From Fibrobacter succinogenes subsp. succinogenes S85 (lineage in GTDB: Bacteria; Fibrobacterota; Fibrobacteria; Fibrobacterales; Fibrobacteraceae): 32,000 nt of DNA. Below are positions 24,067 to 31,810 of the stretch, piece after piece. The stretch's first letter is position 1; each line of letters starts with the position of its first letter. The notes under the pieces are model-generated. The model was not told the DNA's origin. It made no database searches and was given only the letters and a program-made list of their open reading frames with translations. The position numbers and the translations under genes are program-made. Location: contig NC_017448.1 of NCBI RefSeq assembly GCF_000146505.1, positions 3,240,001 through 3,272,000 on the forward strand. The letters run 5' to 3'.

Positions 24067-24654
24067 ATGTTAGATACTAAGAATGTGGGTTTGTTCCTTT
24101 TGCTTCCGGCTCCACTCAATCCGATTGGGGCTTTTGATGCGGAAACCTTCAAGGCTAATTTCCGTGCTGTGATGACGGCGAATGACGACGCCAAGTTTAT
24201 TGCAGTGGATTTGTCTGGCATCGATTTTGTCTACAGTGACGCGTATAACGCCTTTATGCAATTCCATCAGGAACTCGCCAAGCGAAATGGTACGTTTGCT
24301 GTCCTTGCCGATAGGGAATCTCTCGTGAGGAGCCTTCGAAAGGTCGGACTTGAACGCTTTATCCGCATCTTCATGAGTGCTGACGAAATGGCTGCTTATG
24401 CCCCAATTGAACAGAAGGCGGCTGTTCTTGAACAGGTTGAAAAGCCTGTTGCTGAAGAACCAGCAAAGCCGGAAGTTCCAAAAACTCAAGCAGAACCGCA
24501 ACCCGCTCCTGAAACTCCGGTGGCTGCCCATACGGAACCGAGAATTCTGGACAAGAATCCGCTTGTCGATGAATCTTCTTCAAAGGGTTCTCTCGTCACT
24601 GTGATTATCCTTTTGCTGATTGTTATTGCTGTAGTATCTTATTTGGTTTTGTAA
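24067..24654 (+). CDS. tail-anchored STAS-domain protein
   Basis: The segment FIAVDLSGIDFVYSDAYNAFMQFHQELAKRNGTFAVLADRESLVRSLRKVGLERFIRIF fits the SpoIIAA/RsbV STAS pattern. A Pro/Glu-rich linker and a C-terminal TM helix (LVTVIILLLIVIAVVSYLVL) follow. Confidence 0.65.
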   Translation: MLDTKNVGLFLLLPAPLNPIGAFDAETFKANFRAVMTANDDAKFIAVDLSGIDFVYSDAYNAFMQFHQELAKRNGTFAVLADRESLVRSLRKVGLERFIRIFMSADEMAAYAPIEQKAAVLEQVEKPVAEEPAKPEVPKTQAEPQPAPETPVAAHTEPRILDKNPLVDESSSKGSLVTVIILLLIVIAVVSYLVL

Positions 24655-24657
24655 CCG

Positions 24658-25575
24658 ATGGCTGTAGAATTTCCGACAGAGATCCAACGAAAAAGAAAAA
24701 AAAAGCGGGAGCGCAATAAATTCCCGCTGATAAGGATTATTCTGGTTTTTGTCTTGTTGGTGGTCGCCTATACGAACGGGTGGTTCCGCATGCTGATTGA
24801 TGCGCTGCCGTTGCCCGGACACGAAGAACCGCCCCCTCCTGTTGTCGAGGAATGGATTGAAGGCTGCACGTCGTACGATGGAACGCCTTTTGAGCTTAAA
24901 GATGGCTATGCGCAGTGCTCCTGGATTGTGACGGATTCGCTTTCGCTTCCGAATTCCTTTTTGCGTTACGTAAAGAATTTGTCTAGCGACGGTTCCAAGA
25001 TCCACTGGGTTGCGCCCAAGAAGGACTTTGGCGATGCGCTTCTCGTTGTTCAGGAAGATACGACTCGCAATGTGTTTTTGCACATGACGCGCGAAGATTC
25101 TTTGAAAGTCTGGATTTCAAGCAAGACGGGTTGCCTTTTCCCTGGCCCCTGCCCGCATGTTCCGCTTGGCTGGTCGGCTCTTGCGATTGTAGACAACTTT
25201 GACTTTGAGGGACTGGAACAGTTGCTTTCGGCGGACTTGTTTAAAGGTCTTGGTGAAGCGCCCGTTTACCCTGTGTTGCCGGGAATAGTGCTTGAAGCGG
25301 GGCGCGATTCGCTAGGCATGTTTGTTGAGCTGAATCACGGAAACGGAATTACGTCGCGCATGTTTGGCATCGGTTCTTGGAAGATGGCTCCTGTTGTCGG
25401 CAAAACGCTTGGCATTAAGGATGCTGTCGGTCGCCTCTCGCCGCAGGACAGTTCATCGTTTTTCTTGACGGTGCGGCAAAACGGTTTGTTCGTGCGCTGG
25501 AAAGATTTCTATAAATTGACGCATCCGGTGGACTCAGCCCAAATTGCTATATTCAAAAAGAATCTGCCTTTTTGA
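24658..25575 (+). CDS. bitopic membrane protein with a degenerate (non-catalytic) LytM/M23 domain
   Basis: An N-terminal basic stretch precedes a TM helix (IRIILVFVLLVVAY). The C-terminal segment GIVLEAGRDSLGMFVELNHGNGITSRMFGIG...GKTLGIKDAVGRL...SFFLTVRQNGLFV follows the M23 layout. It lacks HxxxD and the HxH zinc and catalytic residues. Confidence 0.55.
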   Translation: MAVEFPTEIQRKRKKKRERNKFPLIRIILVFVLLVVAYTNGWFRMLIDALPLPGHEEPPPPVVEEWIEGCTSYDGTPFELKDGYAQCSWIVTDSLSLPNSFLRYVKNLSSDGSKIHWVAPKKDFGDALLVVQEDTTRNVFLHMTREDSLKVWISSKTGCLFPGPCPHVPLGWSALAIVDNFDFEGLEQLLSADLFKGLGEAPVYPVLPGIVLEAGRDSLGMFVELNHGNGITSRMFGIGSWKMAPVVGKTLGIKDAVGRLSPQDSSSFFLTVRQNGLFVRWKDFYKLTHPVDSAQIAIFKKNLPF

Positions 25576-25585
25576 GTGAGTCTGT

Positions 25586-26686
25586 ATGAAACGAGTTGCG
25601 TTAATCCCTTTTTATTTGCTGTTTGCGTTGGCTTCGTTTTTGGTGTCGTGCGCACAAGATGGCGATGGCCCGCTTCCGGTGATGCCAAATGGTGAGTCCG
25701 TTGAAGGTGATGGATATTTTCTGGGGGCAACGCTAGATTCAGGCAAGACAATCCACCTGATTTCGGATACTCTTTTTGTGACGCTTTCGAAAATTTGGTC
25801 TTTTTCGAATTGCTCGCTCACCTCAATTGATCTGGATTATTCGTTTGACGATTCTGTACTGGTGTTTTCGCCAAAGGTGAAAATCAAGGTGAATACGGAC
25901 GATTGCCCGTCACCAATGTATCGTCCGGATTCAACATTCACGATGTTGACGGATGAAATTTCTGAAAAAATCACAAAAATTGTAGTGAAAAATGATGTGG
26001 ATTCCCTTTTGGATTCCATCATGCTTCGCCGTGGAAAACTGGAACTTGATACGTTCCGCATTTTTGTGGATTCCGCTTTTACTGAACCGGAAAAGCTACC
26101 GCTTAGGACAAAAGATTCTCCTTCAATTTTACGCATGCTTGATTCCCTGACTCCACAGAAGTTCTATTGGAGAACGTTACGTGCAAACTGCACTATGCGC
26201 GTGGATATATGCAATGATGTTGTCGCGGATACGGTTTACCCGACATCCTGGAAGGCGAGCGATACCGCCCTTGTTCCGGTGCGTTATGCGTGTGCGTCTT
26301 CGGATTCTACGTACTGTCTGGATTCTAAGTGGGAATACGATTCAACAGCTCTTGGCAAGGTGATGGAGCGCTTAGATACTGTTTGGCATACGAGTACGTA
26401 TTATATCGAAGATATTCCGAAGTGCGCAATGGTGAATGGTTTTTCGCGTACGGCGTTTTATTACGGCGGAAAAATGACCTTCTTGCGTGAGCTTTTTGTC
26501 CCCGATGAAAGCGAGCGCTCTTGCGGCCCTGCGACAAAGAAGGACTGGGTTGCCATTAACCTTGCAACGGACAGCCTTGTGGTTGAATCCGAAGATAAAA
26601 TTTCTGTAGATAGTTTGTATAAAGTCTGGAAGTCGGCGACGGTCGCTAACGATACGCTTAAAGCCGATTCGACGGAGTCAAAATGA
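25586..26686 (+). CDS. Cys-rich lipoprotein, unknown family
   Basis: The signal and lipobox are MKRVALIPFYLLFALASFLVSC-AQ. At least 10 further Cys residues are present. The start is 10 nt after the upstream stop. Confidence 0.65.
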   Translation: MKRVALIPFYLLFALASFLVSCAQDGDGPLPVMPNGESVEGDGYFLGATLDSGKTIHLISDTLFVTLSKIWSFSNCSLTSIDLDYSFDDSVLVFSPKVKIKVNTDDCPSPMYRPDSTFTMLTDEISEKITKIVVKNDVDSLLDSIMLRRGKLELDTFRIFVDSAFTEPEKLPLRTKDSPSILRMLDSLTPQKFYWRTLRANCTMRVDICNDVVADTVYPTSWKASDTALVPVRYACASSDSTYCLDSKWEYDSTALGKVMERLDTVWHTSTYYIEDIPKCAMVNGFSRTAFYYGGKMTFLRELFVPDESERSCGPATKKDWVAINLATDSLVVESEDKISVDSLYKVWKSATVANDTLKADSTESK

Positions 26687-27405
26687 TTGAATATACCTTT
26701 GCTGCTGAAATAGCAGAAGAAGACAAACCGGTAATTCTTGAAAGCAAGATTTACAAGCAGTGGCTTGAAGCGTCCGAGAAAAAGTTCAATATCACGAAGG
26801 TGCATTTTGCTTCGGTTGATTACTTTAGCAAACGCCATGAGCCGTTGTTCATCAAGCTGAATGCGACTGCATTCTTGCCGGATGGTAAGCCTGTGCATGG
26901 GATTGTGCTTGTGCGTGGTCATGCTGTGGGCGTGCTCGTCGTGCTCCATTGTGAAGGCAAGCGTTACTTGCTCTTGGTGCGCCAACCGCGATTTGCAATT
27001 TCTGAGACAGCATCGCTTGAAATCCCGGCAGGGATTCTTGACTGGTCGGGCGATTTCCGCAAGGTGGCTCTTTCTGAACTTGAAGAAGAAGCGCAAATCA
27101 AGGCGAAGGATTCCGAGCTGATTGACTTGATGGACTTCTGGTACAAGGGCTCAAGCGAAGGCTTTGCCGGAAGTTGCGGACTTTTGGACGAACGCATCCG
27201 CCTTTATGCGATTGAACGTAGCGTGACGCGCGAAGAACTTGAAGCGATGGACGGCAAGAACCAGACCTATACTGACGAGAACGAATGGATCCGCACGGAA
27301 GTGTTGCCTTATGAAGAGGCCGCCCACAAGTTCATTGATGGAAAGAACTTGATAGCTTTGTTCTTATACGAACGCTGGCTCGAAGCGCAGAAGGTGTATT
27401 ATTAA
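26683..27405 (+). CDS. Nudix-fold protein with a degenerate Nudix box
   Basis: GILDWSGDFRKVALSELEEEAQI aligns position by position to Gx5Ex7REUxEExGU, with E to G, R to S and G to Q substitutions. The start overlaps the upstream stop in ATGA. Confidence 0.55.
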   Translation: MIEYTFAAEIAEEDKPVILESKIYKQWLEASEKKFNITKVHFASVDYFSKRHEPLFIKLNATAFLPDGKPVHGIVLVRGHAVGVLVVLHCEGKRYLLLVRQPRFAISETASLEIPAGILDWSGDFRKVALSELEEEAQIKAKDSELIDLMDFWYKGSSEGFAGSCGLLDERIRLYAIERSVTREELEAMDGKNQTYTDENEWIRTEVLPYEEAAHKFIDGKNLIALFLYERWLEAQKVYY

Positions 27406-27476
27406 AATTAGCGGATAGATGCTTGGGCTGTGAGCTCGGTCGCCTTCGGCTCCCTTTGGGCTATGGGGTATAATTA

Positions 27477-27686
27477 CTAGAAAATCGTGTTGTTGATGGT
27501 GAGGCCTGCGAAGAACAGGATCAAGTAGCCGTACCATAGTCCGGTTGGCACGTAGTTCCAGATACGCTTGTATTTTTTCGGCTCGTCCTTATTCTTTTCC
27601 TTAATACGGACAATATTCTTTTTAAGATAAAAACCGCAGAGCGCAAGTCCGCCGATGCTGATAAGGATAAGAAGTACGTAAGCCAT
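27477..27686 (-). CDS. small two-helix membrane protein
   Basis: 69 aa with two clear hydrophobic helices flanking the basic loop KKNIVRIKEKNKDEPKKYKR. I recognise no family. Confidence 0.45.
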   Translation of the reverse strand: MAYVLLILISIGGLALCGFYLKKNIVRIKEKNKDEPKKYKRIWNYVPTGLWYGYLILFFAGLTINNTIF

Positions 27687-27751
27687 GCTTTAAATATAGC
27701 ATAAAGCGAGCGTCGCGACAACAAGTTTACTTGTTGGCATGACCGAACTGA

Positions 27752-27784
27752 GCTATATGCACTCCATATGGAGTGCCATATAGC
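27752..27784. promoter_or_regulatory. 33-nt near-perfect palindrome in a divergent intergenic region (candidate operator)
   Basis: In GCTATATGCACTCCATATGGAGTGCCATATAGC, 16-nt arms are complementary except for one extra C in the right arm. It lies 66 nt from the minus-strand ATG and 90 nt from the fibro-slime ATG. Confidence 0.5.
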
Positions 27785-27873
27785 ATATTGGCAAAAAATT
27801 TATTATTTTAAGAACAAACTTTTATACAATGCTAGGGCGTTTTTTGTCGCTATGGCTATAGTAAGGAGGAAAA

Positions 27874-29916
27874 ATGAATAGAAATAAAAGAAATTTGGCT
27901 TTAATTGTGCCGATTATGGCATTTTGGGCAGCTTGCTCAGAAAGTGACCCTGCACCTGTCGGATTAGGTGGTGGAGCTCAATATAGAACGGACTGTCCTA
28001 CGGATGGGTCTAGACCTCTTGCGAAAGAGGGGGCCAGTGCCGAAAATTCTGTGCTTAATTTGGATGTCGTTATTCGCGATTTCCAGCAGAACCATTCGGA
28101 TTTTGAAAACTTCTCGGAAGAAACGGTTAAGCATCTGGATGATATCTATAGCTACGAGACTGAAACCGGTGCTGCCATGAAAGCTTTTGGCTTTGATGAA
28201 GATTGGTATGCGGCTACGGCTTACCACAATACGTGCGGTAACATGTATTCTTTTGAAACCGCGGGCGTTGGGGCTCAAATTGGCGTTGATGGGGTGCCTA
28301 TGCAGGTGAATCCCGCTTTGCCATCGTATTTGCAACAGGTTTCTGCGGGTCCGGTATTGGAATACGGGGAATGTGCTGAGACTGTGGACGCTCTATCTGG
28401 GCTTAAGATTTTGCGCGGCTACAAAAATGCTCTTGATAACGTGACTGGTACAAAGTGTCCTGGCGGTAAAAATAACTGGGCGAATCCGGTTGTTTATACA
28501 CCGGGCATGGTGAATCCTTATTTGCTGTTTAAGAATACAAGCAATGATGGGACCATTGATATGTATGATGTTGCCGTTCAAAAGCTGAACGAACGTTGCG
28601 ACAATAAGAACTTTGACCAGTGGTTTGCCGATGTTCCTTCTGTAAACAAACGCGTCAATATGATCCTTGATCTTGTGAGGTCCTCTGATGAAAATAATGA
28701 TTTTGTTTACAATTATAATTCCAGTAATGGAGGATTCTTCCCGCTTGATAGCGTGAACCCGGTGAATCGGGAATGGGTGAGTGCAAAACCTTGTATTGAA
28801 ACTATCCAGCTGACGGGTTCTTGTGAAGTTTTTGAGCCTCAGTCGCTCTCTATTTTCTGCCCGCCTTACAGGTATCAGTATGCTCAAACTCAGCAGGATT
28901 TGTACGGCCAGAGTACCGCTAAGCTTTGTGCAGACTGGCTGAATGCGGGTGGCCCGCGTGCTGTAAATTCTGAAGGGACCGGACATAGTGCGGCTTTACA
29001 GGCGACAATAAAGAATGGAACTCTTGGCTTGCAGCACTTGCGCAATTATGGCTTTACTATGGAAGGTTACACGACTTTCCAGTATAAGTCATCAAACCAG
29101 TTGCCGGTACCAGAAGAACTGAAGTTTATTAGTAGTGGTGACTTGTGGGTGTTTGTCGATGGTGTTCTGGTGATTGACTTGGGCGGTACGCACTTGCCTG
29201 CTCCGGGTAGCGTGAGCATTCAGACTCTTGCAAAGAATAATCATGGTTGCCATGTTGGAGAGCCTTTGGCTATGTATACGAATTGTGATGGGGCGTCTGA
29301 TGCTACGGGATGGGCTGATGATTCTTGGCATCATTTGCATTTCTTTGTGGCAAACCGCCAGACCGAAATCTCTGATTTCTCGATGTCGCTGCCATCGTCC
29401 TTTAGCATTTATGCCGCACCTTCCCGCTATGGCATGCCGACGGTACGTAAGGTTACGACATTGGTAGATGAAGCTGGTTTTGCTCTTAATAGCTTGTATG
29501 TAAATGCGGAATTGGCGGATTCCACAGTTGCTAAGATGAACAGTTCTCATGTGCCTTCGTTCGTTGTATTACGTGGTGACAATGTTTACGGATTCTATGT
29601 GTCCCGAATTTCTGGGGCGACAGACAAGGGTGAAGAAGGGACTATGTACCAGTTTGAAGGCGTTTTGAAGGGTGTTGATGGTAATGTTGTTGAAGGCGGG
29701 ATTTTGCATGGCGACTGTATTGCCTTTAACGTTCCGTATAGCACGACGCTTGATGAAGAAGGTAATGGTGGAAATTACCCCGCAGGTAAGTGGGCGCAGT
29801 TGATGTTCTGGGCTAAGCTTATGGATTTCTATATCGCTTCAAGTTCTGGTAACCGTGTGGAAGGTTTTACCGAACCGGAAAAGTTTGGCGAGATCGGTGT
29901 GAACTGCGCTTATTGA
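27874..29916 (+). CDS. fibro-slime domain (PA14-like) lipoprotein
   Basis: A perfect AAGGAGG RBS precedes the start. The signal and lipobox-like sequence is LIVPIMAFWAAC-SE. The segment FISSGDLWVFVDGVLVIDLGGTHLPAPGSVSI matches the fibro-slime/PA14 GDDxWVFINGxLxxDLGG motif (TIGR02148, from memory). Confidence 0.8.
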   Translation: MNRNKRNLALIVPIMAFWAACSESDPAPVGLGGGAQYRTDCPTDGSRPLAKEGASAENSVLNLDVVIRDFQQNHSDFENFSEETVKHLDDIYSYETETGAAMKAFGFDEDWYAATAYHNTCGNMYSFETAGVGAQIGVDGVPMQVNPALPSYLQQVSAGPVLEYGECAETVDALSGLKILRGYKNALDNVTGTKCPGGKNNWANPVVYTPGMVNPYLLFKNTSNDGTIDMYDVAVQKLNERCDNKNFDQWFADVPSVNKRVNMILDLVRSSDENNDFVYNYNSSNGGFFPLDSVNPVNREWVSAKPCIETIQLTGSCEVFEPQSLSIFCPPYRYQYAQTQQDLYGQSTAKLCADWLNAGGPRAVNSEGTGHSAALQATIKNGTLGLQHLRNYGFTMEGYTTFQYKSSNQLPVPEELKFISSGDLWVFVDGVLVIDLGGTHLPAPGSVSIQTLAKNNHGCHVGEPLAMYTNCDGASDATGWADDSWHHLHFFVANRQTEISDFSMSLPSSFSIYAAPSRYGMPTVRKVTTLVDEAGFALNSLYVNAELADSTVAKMNSSHVPSFVVLRGDNVYGFYVSRISGATDKGEEGTMYQFEGVLKGVDGNVVEGGILHGDCIAFNVPYSTTLDEEGNGGNYPAGKWAQLMFWAKLMDFYIASSSGNRVEGFTEPEKFGEIGVNCAY

Positions 29917-29979
29917 CGCCAAAGTCCGTAATAACGGTTGCCTAAGGGCAAAAAAATTTCTCTATTTGGTATGTACTGA

Positions 29980-30035
29980 CGTTCGTGGGTTCAAATTTGG
30001 CTTGAACGAGCCGGATTCGGACCCGAATACGAACG
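29980..30035 (+). promoter_or_regulatory. candidate structured leader upstream of rimP-nusA-infB
   Basis: A 7-bp closing stem CGTTCGT/ACGAACG encloses two hairpins: GTTCAA-ATTTGGC-TTGAAC, and ATTCG-GACC-CGAAT. It ends 22 nt before the rimP start. Confidence 0.35.
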
Positions 30036-30057
30036 CCGTTTATTGTAAGAGGTTTAT

Positions 30058-30510
30058 TTGGTCGCCCAAGAAAAACTGAATTCTCTCATTGCCGATGCAT
30101 GCAAGTCCGCATCTGTTACGCTTGTGGAAGCTGATGTGTTCCGTGCTGGCAAACGCAAGACATTGCGAATCTTTATCGACAAGCCCGAAGGTGTTACTAT
30201 CGATGACTGCACGAACGTGAGTCATTTCCTTTCGGATGCGCTGGACCTGGATCCCGAGTTGATCGAGGGCGCTTATACGCTTGAAGTTTCTTCTCCGGGA
30301 ATAGACCGCCCCCTCAAGTCTATGGCGGATTTTGAACGCAACAAGGGGCGCCTGCTCCGTGTGACACGCTCGACGGGCAAGCCAGTGACTGGTGAACTTT
30401 TGAATGCCGACGAAGAAAATCTGACGCTCAAGCTTAAGGGCAATGCCGGCGAAATCGTCATACCGCGGTCCGAAGTGCTTTCGGCCAAGGTCGAAGTAGA
30501 AATTAAATAG
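30058..30510 (+). CDS. rimP: ribosome maturation factor RimP
   Basis: The TTG start follows AAGAGG. The segment LRIFIDKPEGVTIDDCTNVSHFLSDALD...YTLEVSSPGIDRPLK is the typical RimP signature. The gene sits immediately upstream of nusA. Confidence 0.9.
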   Translation: MVAQEKLNSLIADACKSASVTLVEADVFRAGKRKTLRIFIDKPEGVTIDDCTNVSHFLSDALDLDPELIEGAYTLEVSSPGIDRPLKSMADFERNKGRLLRVTRSTGKPVTGELLNADEENLTLKLKGNAGEIVIPRSEVLSAKVEVEIK

Positions 30511-30523
30511 GAAGGTCAACTAT

Positions 30524-31747
30524 ATGAAGAACGAACCGAAAGTAAACTTGCTCGACGTACTCAAGGAAGTCGTTGAAGACAAGAGTGTCGATGATTCCGT
30601 GATTTTGGACGCCCTCAAGAAGGCTCTTATTTCTGCGGCCCGCAAGTATCTGCACATCGAAAAGAAGATCAACGTCGATATCGACATGGAAACCAACGAA
30701 GTCCATGTGTTCCTGAACGTCGAAGTTGTCGATGACTATCCGGACTACGACCCGAACATGACTGCCGAAGAAGTTGCTGAAATGGACGAAGGCTACATGC
30801 TCGTCGATGAAGCTCGCGACTTCAACGAAGACGCTCAGGCAGGCGACAGCCTTTATATGGAACTCCCGACCTCCTCCTTTGGTCGTCAGGCTATCCAGAC
30901 CGCAAAGCAGCTCTTGACCCAGCACATCCGCAGTGCCGAATGCCAGCGCATCATGGACATCTACCGTAGCCGCATCGGTACGATCATCAACGGTACGGTA
31001 CTCCGTTTGGAACAACGTAATGTTATCGTTGACCTTGGCAACAAGATTGAAGCTGAACTCCCGGCTCGCGAACAGATCCCGCACGAACGCTTGACTCAGG
31101 GCGCTTCTGTGAAGGCTGTGATTGCCCGCGTGGAAGAATCTACGAAGAGCGGTGCTCAGGTTATTTTGTCTAGATCCAACGCCGACTTCCTCAAGGCTTT
31201 GCTCCGTCAGGAAGTTCCGGAAATCTACGAAGGCACTGTCGAAATCAAGGCTGTTGCCCGTGACTCCAAGAATCGTCGTGCAAAGATCGCTGTTTACTCT
31301 CGCGATGAAAAGATTGACCCGGTTGGCGCTTGCGTCGGCATGAAGGGTGCTCGCGTACAGACGATTGTTCGCGAACTCGGCAACGAACGTATTGACATCG
31401 TTCACTGGGACGAAAACTTCGACGTGTTCGTTCAGCGTTCCTTGGCTCCGGCATCTGTCCTCAAGATGTTCCCGGTTCCGGATACGGACCGTATCGTGAT
31501 CATCGTGGATGACGAAAACCTCGCACAGGCTATCGGTAAGGGTGGTCAGAACGTGGAACTCGCCGGTCGCTTGGTGGATCGCAAGCTTGACGTTCATGGA
31601 GAACAGGAATGGTCTCAGATGGACGAAGAAGCCAAGAACAACATCCTCGCTCCGAACTATGAGGATGAAAGAAGAATGAGAACGAAGCGTTTGGACGAAG
31701 ACAGAAAGGCAAAGGCCGCAGCTGTCAAGAAGGACGTGAACGCTTAA
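30524..31747 (+). CDS. nusA: transcription termination/antitermination factor NusA
   Basis: The N-terminal domain, S1 domain and two KH domains are recognisable (GACVGMKGARVQTIVRELGNERIDIV, IGKGGQNVELAGRL). Confidence 0.97.
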   Translation: MKNEPKVNLLDVLKEVVEDKSVDDSVILDALKKALISAARKYLHIEKKINVDIDMETNEVHVFLNVEVVDDYPDYDPNMTAEEVAEMDEGYMLVDEARDFNEDAQAGDSLYMELPTSSFGRQAIQTAKQLLTQHIRSAECQRIMDIYRSRIGTIINGTVLRLEQRNVIVDLGNKIEAELPAREQIPHERLTQGASVKAVIARVEESTKSGAQVILSRSNADFLKALLRQEVPEIYEGTVEIKAVARDSKNRRAKIAVYSRDEKIDPVGACVGMKGARVQTIVRELGNERIDIVHWDENFDVFVQRSLAPASVLKMFPVPDTDRIVIIVDDENLAQAIGKGGQNVELAGRLVDRKLDVHGEQEWSQMDEEAKNNILAPNYEDERRMRTKRLDEDRKAKAAAVKKDVNA

Positions 31748-31810
31748 AAACTTTTGCGCAGGGCAAATAGTTTAACGGAAGAATAAGAAAAGGAATTGAA
31801 TAGGCTATTC

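Noticed and set aside
27406-27476. Possible terminator hairpin GAGC(T)CG-GTCGCCTT-CGGCTC between the convergent Nudix-like and small membrane protein genes
   Set aside because: The stem is only 6 bp with a bulge and has no clear T-run on either strand. That is too weak to call.
29980-30035. Leader structure as a tRNA or metY relic (it contains GGGTTCAAAT, which resembles a T-loop)
   Set aside because: It does not fold as a cloverleaf. It has only two internal hairpins, no anticodon arm of the right geometry, and is 56 nt long.
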